62,997 nucleotides of DNA, filler included, from an uncultured Methanosarcinales archaeon (GCA_964485195.1; 3 parts of 3 records of this genome joined end to end with filler, not necessarily neighbours in it); one strand, 5' to 3'; positions 10,432-20,341 are shown, counted from the whole stretch's first letter. Made by a program: numbers and translations. The notes: generated from the sequence alone by a model not told the origin.

Positions 10432-11292
10432 TTATGCCTGCAGGCAGCTGAACTTGTAAAAGTCAGAGTCTATCTGGCTGCACAAGCCCTTTACGCTGTT
10501 TTTTATTGAAACTATAAGCACGCACAAGTCCCTTTGCTGCGCATCTATTGAATTGCAGTATTCCATCTGCTCCTCGTAGGCTTTGCCTTCCAGCTCCAGT
10601 ATGATTGAGTCTGCCTGCTCAAGGTTTGTCTGGTAAAAGTCATAGCCCAGGGCAGAACCTATTGTTATGGTGATTATTAGGAAAACTATCAAGGCAGTGA
10701 CAAATATCTTGTCCACCAGCATTGCCTTTTTCTGGGTGAAGTGGTGGGCAAAAAAATACCTTTTTTCAGAGACAATGTAGAGTATTGCGAGAATGTCTAT
10801 CACAAGGACAGTTATGGAAGACAAGATCAAGAAATTTCTTGTGAATGATGCCACTTCCGGCCTCAGCAGAATCAGGGATATTATTGAGTTTATGATTCCA
10901 AGGCCAAACCATACTAGCGCAAGGTAATAGGACCAGCTTTTTCTTTTGAGAAGCCCCCCTATCAGCACCATTGTTATTAATACAAGGAACATTATCAGGA
11001 AAAGTGCCGGCAGCCCCCCTATTATCTGTCCGAAAACAACTGCTATGGGAGACTTAAGCCCCATAAAAAGATAAAAAAAGTAGAACAGCAAAAGCACGGA
11101 AAGGTAAGCTATCAGCACCTTGATTCCCAGCGGGTGCCTGAATTTTCCCTTCTCAAAGCTGAACAGTTTTGACCTTTTCTTGTAGTCATAAGAGATTTTC
11201 TTGACGTGCTCTTTCGGGCTGATTTTCCCCTTCTTGCCCTTTTTGGAAGATTTTTTGGATTTAGAACCTCTCTTCTGCCTCTTTTTAGCCAT
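10432..11292 (-). CDS. membrane protein (about 5 TM) with C-terminal Cys-repeat domain
   Basis: start re-called at MAKKRQ; TM helices then C..I....RDLC...C..I.....FSC. Confidence 0.75.
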   Translation of the reverse strand: MAKKRQKRGSKSKKSSKKGKKGKISPKEHVKKISYDYKKRSKLFSFEKGKFRHPLGIKVLIAYLSVLLLFYFFYLFMGLKSPIAVVFGQIIGGLPALFLIMFLVLITMVLIGGLLKRKSWSYYLALVWFGLGIINSIISLILLRPEVASFTRNFLILSSITVLVIDILAILYIVSEKRYFFAHHFTQKKAMLVDKIFVTALIVFLIITITIGSALGYDFYQTNLEQADSIILELEGKAYEEQMEYCNSIDAQQRDLCVLIVSIKNSVKGLCSQIDSDFYKFSCLQA

Positions 11293-11368
11293 ATTGTCGG
11301 TTTTGAAGGAAATCTTGTTTATAAATGTTGTGGTAACCTTTTTATATTTCATTTAAAAATTATTTGCT

Positions 11369-13330
11369 ATGGGAAAGTTTTATGTCACCACAGCAATTGA
11401 TTACACTAATTCAAAACCTCATCTGGGCCACGCCTATGAAAAGGTGCTTGCAGATGTCATAGCAAGGTGGCACAGGTTGAGGGGTGATGAAACCTTCTTA
11501 TTGACAGGCACGGACGAGCACGGCCAGAAGGTGGAAAAGGCGGCAAGGCAGGCAAACAAAAAAACTGAAAATTTTGTTGAAGAGCTGGTGAAGGAGTTCA
11601 AAAAGCTGTGTGAAAGACTGAACATTTCAAATGATGATTTCATCAGGACAACAGACGAAAAGCACATAAAGGTTTCAAAAGAGGTTTTCAAGAAGGTTTT
11701 TGGCAATGGCGATATTTACAAGGGGGAATACGAAGGGCTTTACTGCGAGGGCTGCGAAGCATTTTATCTTGAAAGGGAGCTAATGGATGGGTTGTGCCCT
11801 GTGCATAAAAAGCCTCCTGAAAAAATCAGGGAAGAGTCATATTTTTTCAGGATGAGCAGGTATGAAAAACAGCTCATACAGCACATAAAGAACAATCCTG
11901 AATTCATCCTGCCAAGGTTCAGGCAGGCAGAAATACTGAACAGGCTGAAAGAGGGATTGAGGGACTTGAGCGTTTCCAGGGCAACATTCAAGTGGGGCAT
12001 TCCAGTGCCTGGCGACAAGAAGCACACCATATATGTCTGGTTTGACGCCCTGCTCAATTACATCTCCGCCCTTGATTATCCTGAAGGTGAAAAGTTCAGG
12101 AAATTCTGGCCTGCAGACTGCCACATTATCGGAAAGGACATCCTGTGGTTTCACACAGTGATATGGCCCACTATTCTTATGTCAGCAGGAGTGGAGCTTC
12201 CCAAGACAATTTTCAGCCACGGCTTCATCAACCTGAAGGGTGAAAAGCTTTCAAAAACAGCAGGAATCACTATTGACCCAATAATGCTTGCAGAGAAATA
12301 CGGGGCAGACCCTTTGAGGTTCTTCCTGACAAAGGAGGTTGTTGCTGGGCAGGACGGCGATTTTTCAGAGGAAATGCTGGTTGAGAAGATAAATTCGGAA
12401 CTGGCAGATGACCTGGGTAACTTGCTTATGAGGGTCATTGTCCTGACAGGGAAGAATTTTGAAGGGAAAATTCCCGAGCAGGGAAAGCTGGAAGCTGCCG
12501 ACAAAAAGCTGATTGAAAATTCAAGAATTGCAAAAAAGGTTGATGAATTGATGCTTAATTACGAATGCCACAAGGCCCTTGAGAAAATATGGAATTTTGT
12601 GAGGGAATGCAACAAGTATTTGAATGAGACAGAGCCCTGGAAAATTAAGGGAAAGGAAAGGATTGGAACAGTGCTTTACAATTTGATTGAATCTTTGAGA
12701 ATAGTCGGAGTACTGCTTTCACCGTTTATCCCTGAAACATCTAAAAAATTATTGGGACAGATCGGGCAGAAAAACGGAAAGTTAAAAGATGCGGAATTCT
12801 CAAAAACAACAAAAGGAAATGTAAAAAAAGGAAAAATTTTATTTCCAAAAATTGAACAGGAAGAGAAGGACATCATACAAAGGTTTGATTTCAGGGTTGC
12901 CAAGGTTGAAAAGGTGGAAGACCATCCCGAGGCTGACAAGCTTTACATAATAAAAATTGATGTCGGCGGCGAGAAAAGGCAATTAGTTGCCGGGCTGAAG
13001 CCTTACCTGAAAAAAGGCGGGATAGAAAACAAAAAAATAATTATCATAAAAAACCTCAAGCCCGCAAAGCTGAAAGGCAAGGTAAGTGAGGGAATGCTAC
13101 TTGCAGCAGAGAAGAACGGGAAGGTAAGGCTTCTTGAGGCAGGCAAATCCGAGCCTGGCGAATCTGCATTCTTTATGGAGCCGAAGCCTGAAGGGCAGGT
13201 CACGATTGAGGATTTCAAGAAAATAAAACTTGAAGTAAAGGACAGGAAAGTTTTTTACAAAGGAAAAGTGTTGCAGACAGGAAAGGAGGGCATATTTGTG
13301 GACATTGAGGATGGCGCGATTGTCAGCTGA
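11369..13330 (+). CDS. metG: methionine--tRNA ligase with C-terminal tRNA-binding OB domain
   Basis: HLGH (HIGH), GTDEHGQK, YVWFDAL, KLSKT (KMSKS), single CEGC..CPVH knuckle, HPEADKL OB domain. Confidence 0.97.
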   Translation: MGKFYVTTAIDYTNSKPHLGHAYEKVLADVIARWHRLRGDETFLLTGTDEHGQKVEKAARQANKKTENFVEELVKEFKKLCERLNISNDDFIRTTDEKHIKVSKEVFKKVFGNGDIYKGEYEGLYCEGCEAFYLERELMDGLCPVHKKPPEKIREESYFFRMSRYEKQLIQHIKNNPEFILPRFRQAEILNRLKEGLRDLSVSRATFKWGIPVPGDKKHTIYVWFDALLNYISALDYPEGEKFRKFWPADCHIIGKDILWFHTVIWPTILMSAGVELPKTIFSHGFINLKGEKLSKTAGITIDPIMLAEKYGADPLRFFLTKEVVAGQDGDFSEEMLVEKINSELADDLGNLLMRVIVLTGKNFEGKIPEQGKLEAADKKLIENSRIAKKVDELMLNYECHKALEKIWNFVRECNKYLNETEPWKIKGKERIGTVLYNLIESLRIVGVLLSPFIPETSKKLLGQIGQKNGKLKDAEFSKTTKGNVKKGKILFPKIEQEEKDIIQRFDFRVAKVEKVEDHPEADKLYIIKIDVGGEKRQLVAGLKPYLKKGGIENKKIIIIKNLKPAKLKGKVSEGMLLAAEKNGKVRLLEAGKSEPGESAFFMEPKPEGQVTIEDFKKIKLEVKDRKVFYKGKVLQTGKEGIFVDIEDGAIVS

Positions 13331-14054
13331 GAAGGGGCAGGTCACAGCATTTATCATAATCGGAATAGCCCTGCTGGCAGTTTTTGCATTTTACTTCTCA
13401 ATCCAAAGGGCTGAAAGAACAGGATTGGGAGTCCCGGAAACTTCAGAAATTTCCTCTGCAATGGTGTATTTGGATTTGTGCGCGGAATCTGCTTCAAAAA
13501 AATCTCTCGCCCTCATCGGATTCCAGGGAGGAAAACCAATTCTTGAAGAGCCATATCACGCAACTCCTTTCATTAACACCAACTACTTGTATGACAGGGG
13601 GGCCGAAAGATTTGAGAGCCTGGAAGGCTTAAGGAAAAACCTGGAAAATGAAGTGGAAAAGAACATAGAGGATTGTTTTGACAATTTTGCCCTGCCCGGA
13701 GCCACGCTTGAAAAAGGAAAGCCCAATGCCTCTGTTGAATTTACAGGCACTTCCACGCAGGTTAATATCAATTATCCTGTTGAGATTAAAAAAGATGGCA
13801 AGACGCAGAAAATAGAAAAACTCCAGCCTGTGATAATAGGGGTAAGAATGAAGTTAATCTACGAGACTGCAAAGAATATCACATTGATGAGAAAAGAATA
13901 TCCCTATGCAATGAGCTTTGTTCCTTTACTGGACACCGGAATGAACATAACAGCAGACATCACCCCTGAAACGCAGATGTTCTTGCTGGTTGACCCATTA
14001 TCAGAAATTGACAATCAGCCCTATGGCTTTTTGTTCGCTACGAGGACACAATGA
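13311..14054 (+). CDS. class III signal-peptide protein, paralog C
   Basis: EKGQVTAFIIIGIALL; YLDLC..IGFQGG and INYPV motifs. Confidence 0.8.
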   Translation: MARLSAEKGQVTAFIIIGIALLAVFAFYFSIQRAERTGLGVPETSEISSAMVYLDLCAESASKKSLALIGFQGGKPILEEPYHATPFINTNYLYDRGAERFESLEGLRKNLENEVEKNIEDCFDNFALPGATLEKGKPNASVEFTGTSTQVNINYPVEIKKDGKTQKIEKLQPVIIGVRMKLIYETAKNITLMRKEYPYAMSFVPLLDTGMNITADITPETQMFLLVDPLSEIDNQPYGFLFATRTQ

Positions 14055-15361
14055 AAAAAGCAACAATGTTAATAACAGCGTTAATCATCTTTTCAGCAAT
14101 TGCATTGTCTCAGCCAGAAGAGTATGACTTGACAGACCCTGACCTTGACTATTCAGATATTCCCGAAAGCCAGTGGGCAATTTTGGACCAGTCAAAAGTC
14201 CCTGCTGATAGGATCAGGGAAATACCTGCCAGCGCTGTCAACGTTAACCAGGTTGACAGGCAAAATCTGGATCAGTTGACAGATGCGCAGTGGGCTTACG
14301 GGGATAATCTTCAGCAATGCCCTGACCTGACAGAATATCCTGAAGCGCAGGAAGGGCTGAGGCAGAGATTTCCAGGGATAACCTCTTTAAGCCTGGAGGA
14401 AGGGAATGTGAGATTTGATGGAACACATCTTCAAAACGGAGGCTATACACTCCCAATAAGCGCGCAGGAACTCGCAGAGCTGGGGGCTAGCGTGGCATCT
14501 GTGGGGGCGGAGTGGTTCAGGGTTTCCGCACCTTATGTCGTATTTAACGAATTGGGGTTCAGCTTTGAAGACTCCCCAGGAGGATACCTTGTTTTAGGGG
14601 AGGGGATGGGCTATGCGCACGTGCCGCAGGGCGAAAACATTCATTTCGCAGCTGATGACAGATTTTTGAGAATAGGCCCTGCAGCAGGTTCCCCTGTTGA
14701 AGGGATAGACTTCATTTTTGACCCTGAGACCGGAGCCTACGTTGACATAAGCGGGGATGCGGATTACAGTTCAGGAGACATTTCAGGGAGTGTCAGGACT
14801 TCAGCTGAATTGCTGGAGCGCTACGCAGAGCGTTTCGGGTATGAGATTGACTCAGAAGAGCTGCTTGCAGAAGCCCTTAAGGACATCGCAAGGGGTGTCG
14901 GGGCTGAGGAAACTGGGGAAGCAGTTCCTCCCCAGGTTAGGTATTTCACTGAAATGCCCGGTGCAAGAGCACCAAGGTTGCGCATTCCAAAAGTGCCTGA
15001 GGAAGAGCGGGCGGAGTTCAATGTTGACGTTTTCTCAGGCGTGGGCTGGCTGAACTTGGAAGCCCCTCGTGTCGGTATTGAGGTTGAAGCCCGCGCTGAC
15101 GGCCCCCTTAACCCGCGCATTAAAGTCACCGCGGGGGTTGGCCTGACAGAAAGCATAGGGGTTGGCGCAGTTGCAGAAGGGGGCATTTATGGCCTGCCGG
15201 AAATGTCAGTTACTTTAAGCCACACAACCCCTGACTACCTCCTTGCTGTGCAGGCTTCAAACTCTCCTTTTTGGAATGGCAAAGGCGTCAGCAATGCGAT
15301 GGAAGAACAGCTCCAGAATGTTTACGGGCTTCAGTTATATTTGGAAGTTCCCACTGATTGA
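14051..15361 (+). CDS. secreted protein with N-terminal short repeats and a beta-strand-rich C-terminus
   Basis: signal peptide; ATGA overlap with the upstream gene. Confidence 0.75.
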   Translation: MKKATMLITALIIFSAIALSQPEEYDLTDPDLDYSDIPESQWAILDQSKVPADRIREIPASAVNVNQVDRQNLDQLTDAQWAYGDNLQQCPDLTEYPEAQEGLRQRFPGITSLSLEEGNVRFDGTHLQNGGYTLPISAQELAELGASVASVGAEWFRVSAPYVVFNELGFSFEDSPGGYLVLGEGMGYAHVPQGENIHFAADDRFLRIGPAAGSPVEGIDFIFDPETGAYVDISGDADYSSGDISGSVRTSAELLERYAERFGYEIDSEELLAEALKDIARGVGAEETGEAVPPQVRYFTEMPGARAPRLRIPKVPEEERAEFNVDVFSGVGWLNLEAPRVGIEVEARADGPLNPRIKVTAGVGLTESIGVGAVAEGGIYGLPEMSVTLSHTTPDYLLAVQASNSPFWNGKGVSNAMEEQLQNVYGLQLYLEVPTD

Positions 15362-15365
15362 AATC

Positions 15366-15806
15366 TCACTCATCAAAGCCAGAAGGCCCTCCTTTCTTTT
15401 TCTTCTTCAGCGCCTTCATCTTCTTTGTGATTGCAATTTTCTCCCCGCACTTTTCGCATTCAAAGACCAGGGCAGGCACTCCCTTGTAAGTCTTTCTCTT
15501 GAAGGGAATCTGGATTGAAGACTCATTGCCGCAATGGGGGCATTTGTATTCCACGTTTGCCGTTAAGGTTTCCTCATACTCCTGCTTTTCAACAGTGTTT
15601 CCGCATTCAGGGCATACGTATTCCCTTGCCCTTCTCTTGATCTTGCCTGTCTTTTCGTCCCTGGGCTTGCCCATCAAGCCCTTCTTGCACTTCGGGCATT
15701 CCTGCCTGTAAACCCAGGCGATGGCATATCCGCCGTCAATCTTTCTCTGCGTGAAATAGACTGTTTTTTCAATATCCTCATCTGTTTCCGGCTTTTTCTC
15801 AACCAT
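15366..15806 (-). CDS. double zinc-ribbon protein
   Basis: CPKC, CPEC, CPHC, CEKC; start re-called at MVEKKP. Confidence 0.8.
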   Translation of the reverse strand: MVEKKPETDEDIEKTVYFTQRKIDGGYAIAWVYRQECPKCKKGLMGKPRDEKTGKIKRRAREYVCPECGNTVEKQEYEETLTANVEYKCPHCGNESSIQIPFKRKTYKGVPALVFECEKCGEKIAITKKMKALKKKKKGGPSGFDE

Positions 15807-15860
15807 CCACTGTTCTTTTTGCCATTTATTTATATATTTTTTCGTATTAACACAAGCAAG
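15807..15860. promoter_or_regulatory. compact divergent promoter, probably leaderless transcripts
   Basis: 54-bp gap between divergent ATGs with a central TTTATTTATATATTT tract. Confidence 0.55.
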
Positions 15861-16346
15861 ATGGAGTTTTACGATACAATAGCTGCGGGATATGATGAGC
15901 TTTATGAGGAAGAGCAGCTGAAGAAATGCAGGCTGATTGCAAGGCATTTTGAGCACAAGGGCAGGAGGATTCTTGATGTCGGCTGCGGGACAGGGATTGC
16001 AACAGGTTTTTTTGATTGCGAAGCGGGGGTTGACCCTTCTGAAGAGCTGCTCAGGATTGCGCAGAAAAAATTTCCGAAGATGCAGTTCATACAGGCAAAC
16101 GCTGAAGACCTTCCTTTTGGGGAAAATGATTTTGACGCTGTCATTTCATTAACAGCCATCCAGAATTTTGGTGACATTGAAAAAGGGCTTGGGGAGATAA
16201 AAAGAGTCGGCAGGGATTTCGTCCTCACGTTTTTGAAAAAGTCCGGGAAAAGGGATAAAATAGAAAGGTCAATCAAGGGAATTTTCAGGGTGAACAGGAT
16301 TATTGAAGAAGAAAAGGACATCATATGTTTCTGTAAGAAAGATTAG
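15861..16346 (+). CDS. class I SAM-dependent methyltransferase
   Basis: ILDVGCGTG motif I, AEDLPF..FDAV; start re-called at MEFYD. Confidence 0.9.
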   Translation: MEFYDTIAAGYDELYEEEQLKKCRLIARHFEHKGRRILDVGCGTGIATGFFDCEAGVDPSEELLRIAQKKFPKMQFIQANAEDLPFGENDFDAVISLTAIQNFGDIEKGLGEIKRVGRDFVLTFLKKSGKRDKIERSIKGIFRVNRIIEEEKDIICFCKKD

Positions 16347-16382
16347 AAAATTTTATATACCCCGGATGAATAGTTGTTTTTT

Positions 16383-17210
16383 ATGAGGCGGGGAAGTTTT
16401 GACGGGTTCTTCAGGACTTTGGGAAGGAGCTTCAGCTTTTTTGAATACGAGGACCTGTGCGAGAAAAAGGTGTCTTCATCTGTCAAGTACTTTCTCAAGC
16501 TTATGCTTTTTGCCACCATACTGATGTTCATAGTGGCCATCCCTGCCTTCCTGAATTTTTCAAGCAACATTGACAAGGTGATTAACAATTTTGAGGCTCT
16601 TAGCATCAAAATAAATGCCTCTTCCAAGGGTCCCATCGTTCTCTTTCCCGGGGACAGGCACAGGGAAACGACCATCCACTGGGAGAGCAACGCCACTGAG
16701 CTGGAAGAGGGCAAGTACCTGATTGCAAAGGACAGGCTTGTCAAGAAAAGCTTTTTCGGCTCCCAATACACCAATCTTTCAGGCTATTCAAACGTGCTTG
16801 AGCACAAGGATTTCTACAAGACAAGCCTGATGATACTTATGGCTTTCCTCATCCCCTCAATGATAGTGGGGGCTTATGTTTTTTTCGGGATAAAATTCTT
16901 CATAATGCTAACAATACTCGCCGCAGCCGGCTTTATGATAATGCGAATCATAAGGTTTGACATAGACTTCAAGCACTGCCTTAACATCGCAGTTTATGCA
17001 TCCACAATAGGAGTGATTATTGCCATGGCAGTTTTTCCCTATAATATTAAGCTGCCTTATTTCAGGCTGGAATGGGTAGGCTACGCACTTTCAGTGATGT
17101 ATTTCATAGTGGGGCTCAGGTATGCAGGATATTTTGAGGAGAGGAAGGACAGGGAGCGCGAGCTGGAACGAAGAAGAAGGTATGTTCCCATAAGGGAGAG
17201 GGAGAAATGA
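16383..17210 (+). CDS. membrane protein, DUF1189-like
   Basis: N-terminal TM, extracytoplasmic loop, 3-4 C-terminal TM with NIAVYAST motif. Confidence 0.6.
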   Translation: MRRGSFDGFFRTLGRSFSFFEYEDLCEKKVSSSVKYFLKLMLFATILMFIVAIPAFLNFSSNIDKVINNFEALSIKINASSKGPIVLFPGDRHRETTIHWESNATELEEGKYLIAKDRLVKKSFFGSQYTNLSGYSNVLEHKDFYKTSLMILMAFLIPSMIVGAYVFFGIKFFIMLTILAAAGFMIMRIIRFDIDFKHCLNIAVYASTIGVIIAMAVFPYNIKLPYFRLEWVGYALSVMYFIVGLRYAGYFEERKDRERELERRRRYVPIREREK

Positions 17211-17602
17211 AAAGGGCTTTTCTTACGGCAAGAGGGGAAGCAGAAATCTTAGGCAGATTGATGGAAAAGGATGACATTTCTGAGATAGAAAACCACATGA
17301 AAATCGATGATTTCAACTATGCTGCCGCTATTGACAAGGACAATTTCGCGCTGGAGCTCATCAAGAAGTCAGGTGTTTTCGCAGTGAATTTCTCTTCAAT
17401 AAAGCAGTTTGACAAAACCAGGGTGGATGGAAGGTATTTTGACAAGTTTGAAAAGCTGAGCATACCTAAGAAGGAAGCAGCGAAAATAAACTGTCCTCTT
17501 ATGGACAAGGCTGATGTCTTTGAGTGCGAACTCTCAAGAATAATTGATATGGGAGAAAAAGCAATTGTAATCGGAAATATTCTGAAAAAACACAAAATAT
17601 AA
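17207..17602 (+). CDS. flavin reductase-like split-barrel protein (degenerate N-terminus)
   Basis: ELIKKSGVFAVNF, DKFEK, CPL...FECEL...G...VIG motifs. Confidence 0.75.
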   Translation: MKRAFLTARGEAEILGRLMEKDDISEIENHMKIDDFNYAAAIDKDNFALELIKKSGVFAVNFSSIKQFDKTRVDGRYFDKFEKLSIPKKEAAKINCPLMDKADVFECELSRIIDMGEKAIVIGNILKKHKI

Positions 17603-17639
17603 ATACCAAACTAAACTTTTTCTACTTTGTAGAGGTGTT

Positions 17640-18152
17640 ATGATGGATGTTGACAAGATGAAGCGCATTAACGCGCTTGCCCGCGAGTTAAGGGAAAAAG
17701 GGATGGTTTCTGATACTGAAGAGGCTTACAAGCAGGCTGAGGAAATAATAGAAGGCAGGGTAAGCAGGGAGAAAATAGAAGTTGAAGACCCGCAGGATTC
17801 CCAGGAGGAAGCGGAAAGGCCTAAAGAGGATTTTTCAGGTGCCATAAAGGCTGATGCCCTTGAACTTCACAATATGGGGGAAAGGATTAAGGCACTGGAA
17901 GGGCAGGTCAATGTCATGTTCAACAAGATAAACGAGATAATCTCAGAATTCAGGAGTGTGCAGAAAAAGGAGGAAGAATCCCCCATAGAGCTTAGAAAGC
18001 TGGAGGAGGAGAAGGAAAGCAAGGGAAAAAAGGCTCATAAGGAAGTGCAGGCAAGCCTTAAGAAAGAGGAGGCAGAGGGCCATCCCAGGACAGGGGAGTA
18101 CAAGCCAGAGGATGTTTCTATTGAGAAAGTGTTTTATTTCGGCCAGAGATAA
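17640..18152 (+). CDS. charged coiled-coil hypothetical protein
   Basis: GAGGTG SD; ends HPRTG.Y...DVSIEKVFYFG. Confidence 0.75.
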   Translation: MMDVDKMKRINALARELREKGMVSDTEEAYKQAEEIIEGRVSREKIEVEDPQDSQEEAERPKEDFSGAIKADALELHNMGERIKALEGQVNVMFNKINEIISEFRSVQKKEEESPIELRKLEEEKESKGKKAHKEVQASLKKEEAEGHPRTGEYKPEDVSIEKVFYFGQR

Positions 18153-18170
18153 TTATATATTATAGTTAAT

Positions 18171-18207
18171 CTACTACAAAGTAGTTAATAATCGAAAGGT
18201 TTATATA
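18171..18207 (+). promoter_or_regulatory. archaeal promoter of the putative S-layer gene (palindromic box + BRE + TATA)
   Basis: CTACT-N4-AGTAG, then CGAAAGG TTTATATA. Confidence 0.65.
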
Positions 18208-18267
18208 TTAGGGGGTTTTTGTAAGCCTTGTTAATCAGACAAGAGGCGGTTCAGGGGGTAGTTTAAA

Positions 18268-20325
18268 ATGAAGAAAATCTTGACATTGCTCATATTTTTA
18301 CTATTTGTTAGCTTTGTTTCTGCTGCTCTTAACATACAGGAAACAAACATCAATGCCACAGTTGATCCAGGAACAGTCTTTTCAAAGCAGATAACCCTTG
18401 AGAACTCTGAGAATGTCGCGCTTGATGTCAGCTTCAGCGGCCTTGAATTATCCTGCCTGACAGACGGCAGCAAGAAAATAAGTGCAGTTGTTTCCGACCT
18501 TACAGTCCCGGCAAATTCCACAGTTCCTGTTTCAATATTGTTCTCCGTGCCTGCAAACCAGCTGGCGTGCACCTATCACGGAAACATTATAGCTTCAGCA
18601 GGGGCGCTTATGGACGCAGTAACTGCTGACATCACTGTAAATCCCGTTCCCTCAATTTCAGTTGCCAACAAGACAATAACCATACTGAAAAACCTTTCAA
18701 CGTTGAGCACGCTAAACGTTGCACTGACAAACAACGGGAACACGGAGCTCAACCTGATATATCAATATTCAAACTTCACCCGTGCAGGAAGCGTCCTTGC
18801 ACTGGGAAGCGCAGGCTCAAAAGTGATTCCCTTGGGTGACACCCAGCATATTCCGATAAACATTGCAACAGACAACACACTTCCTGACGGGGACTACACA
18901 TCCACCCTGACAATAAACGGCACTGTTAATGAGAAGCACACTTTGACTGCAACCCTTAAGACCCCCGTGCTTTCAGTCAGCCTTCCGAGCTTCACGCTGC
19001 CGGAGTCTGACAGGAACGAAACTGTCACAGGCATCTTCAAGATAAAGAACGATGGGGATTACCCCCTGGAAGGCATAAGCCTTATCACAGACGCTCCCAG
19101 CGAATACCAGGTGAGCATAAGCGGAGTGCCCAACTCACTAAGCTCAGGGCAGGAAGCCACAGTCACAATCAGCGCATTCATACCTGAAGATGAGAGGACA
19201 ACAGTCCACACCATAGGAAACCTTTTCTTTGACAGCAACAGGATTTCTGAAACACTCCCGTTAAAGGTTGATGTAAAGACCAAGCTTCAGATAGATGAGG
19301 TTGACGTGAAGGTAGGCGGCTCCTCCAACAGAATGGACTCAGACGGGGGGATTATAGACGATGAGGACACCCTTCCAGGCTCAGAATTTTCAGTGGAAGT
19401 GAAGATGTGCAACGCCTACACTGATGAGGATTTTGAGATAACGGACATCACAGGAACAGTTACTTTTGAAAATGTGGATGACGGATATGACATAGAGGGG
19501 GAGATAGAGGAGTTTGACCTTGACGGCGGTGACTGCGAAACAGTGAAAGTCAGTTTTGACTCAGAGCCCAGGATACACTACCTGACTGACGAGGGCGTTT
19601 ACGACATGATTATAGAGATAGAGGGTGATGATGAAGAGTTTGGGATATCCCAGGAAGATGAATGGGCCATTTCCGTGGAGGTGTTCAGGGACGAGAACAC
19701 CAACATAATCCTGGACGAAGTTAGGCTTGCCCCTTCCACAGTGCAGTGCGGGGGAAGCGCTGACCTTGAGGTTGTTGCTTACAACATAGGAGAAAGGGAC
19801 AGGGACGGCAAGCTGACAATAAGAAGCTCCAGCATTGACCTTGACATCACAAGATTCTTTGAGATTGGGGATGACATTGATGAGGACTGCGATGCCATAG
19901 AGGAGCCCGACGAGGAATGCATAGGCATAGACCACATATTCAGGATTCCTATCCCAAGCAACGCCCCTGCAGGAAACCACTTCATAGAAACAGTTGTTTA
20001 CAGGGATGAGACAAGGGAAACAGACTCTGAGACAGTCCAGTTCACCGTGAACTGCGGAACTTCAGGCACAGGCGGGGACACAACAGGGGACACAGGGGCA
20101 GATGACAGTACCGGAGACACAGGGACAGGTAGCGGCGGAAATGTGATAGTAACACCAACTCCTGATAGCAGCGGCTCCACAGTGTCAGGAACTCCTGTAA
20201 GGATAAAGGACTTGTCAGGTTCCAGCGATGCCCTGTGGACAATAGGGCTTATTGCAGGCATAGTTATAGTCGCACTGATTATAGTGCTCGTGGTAATGTC
20301 CCTGACCGGCAGAAAAGTTGCTTGA
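18268..20325 (+). CDS. putative S-layer / major surface glycoprotein
   Basis: signal peptide, tandem beta-sandwich (I.N.G) repeats, N-x-S/T sequons, very acidic, G/T/D linker, C-terminal TM; canonical promoter. Confidence 0.7.
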   Translation: MKKILTLLIFLLFVSFVSAALNIQETNINATVDPGTVFSKQITLENSENVALDVSFSGLELSCLTDGSKKISAVVSDLTVPANSTVPVSILFSVPANQLACTYHGNIIASAGALMDAVTADITVNPVPSISVANKTITILKNLSTLSTLNVALTNNGNTELNLIYQYSNFTRAGSVLALGSAGSKVIPLGDTQHIPINIATDNTLPDGDYTSTLTINGTVNEKHTLTATLKTPVLSVSLPSFTLPESDRNETVTGIFKIKNDGDYPLEGISLITDAPSEYQVSISGVPNSLSSGQEATVTISAFIPEDERTTVHTIGNLFFDSNRISETLPLKVDVKTKLQIDEVDVKVGGSSNRMDSDGGIIDDEDTLPGSEFSVEVKMCNAYTDEDFEITDITGTVTFENVDDGYDIEGEIEEFDLDGGDCETVKVSFDSEPRIHYLTDEGVYDMIIEIEGDDEEFGISQEDEWAISVEVFRDENTNIILDEVRLAPSTVQCGGSADLEVVAYNIGERDRDGKLTIRSSSIDLDITRFFEIGDDIDEDCDAIEEPDEECIGIDHIFRIPIPSNAPAGNHFIETVVYRDETRETDSETVQFTVNCGTSGTGGDTTGDTGADDSTGDTGTGSGGNVIVTPTPDSSGSTVSGTPVRIKDLSGSSDALWTIGLIAGIVIVALIIVLVVMSLTGRKVA

Positions 20326-20341
20326 TTTTATTTTCTTTTTT
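20326..20341 (+). terminator. oligo-T archaeal terminator
   Basis: TTTTATTTTCTTTTTT immediately after the stop codon. Confidence 0.5.
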
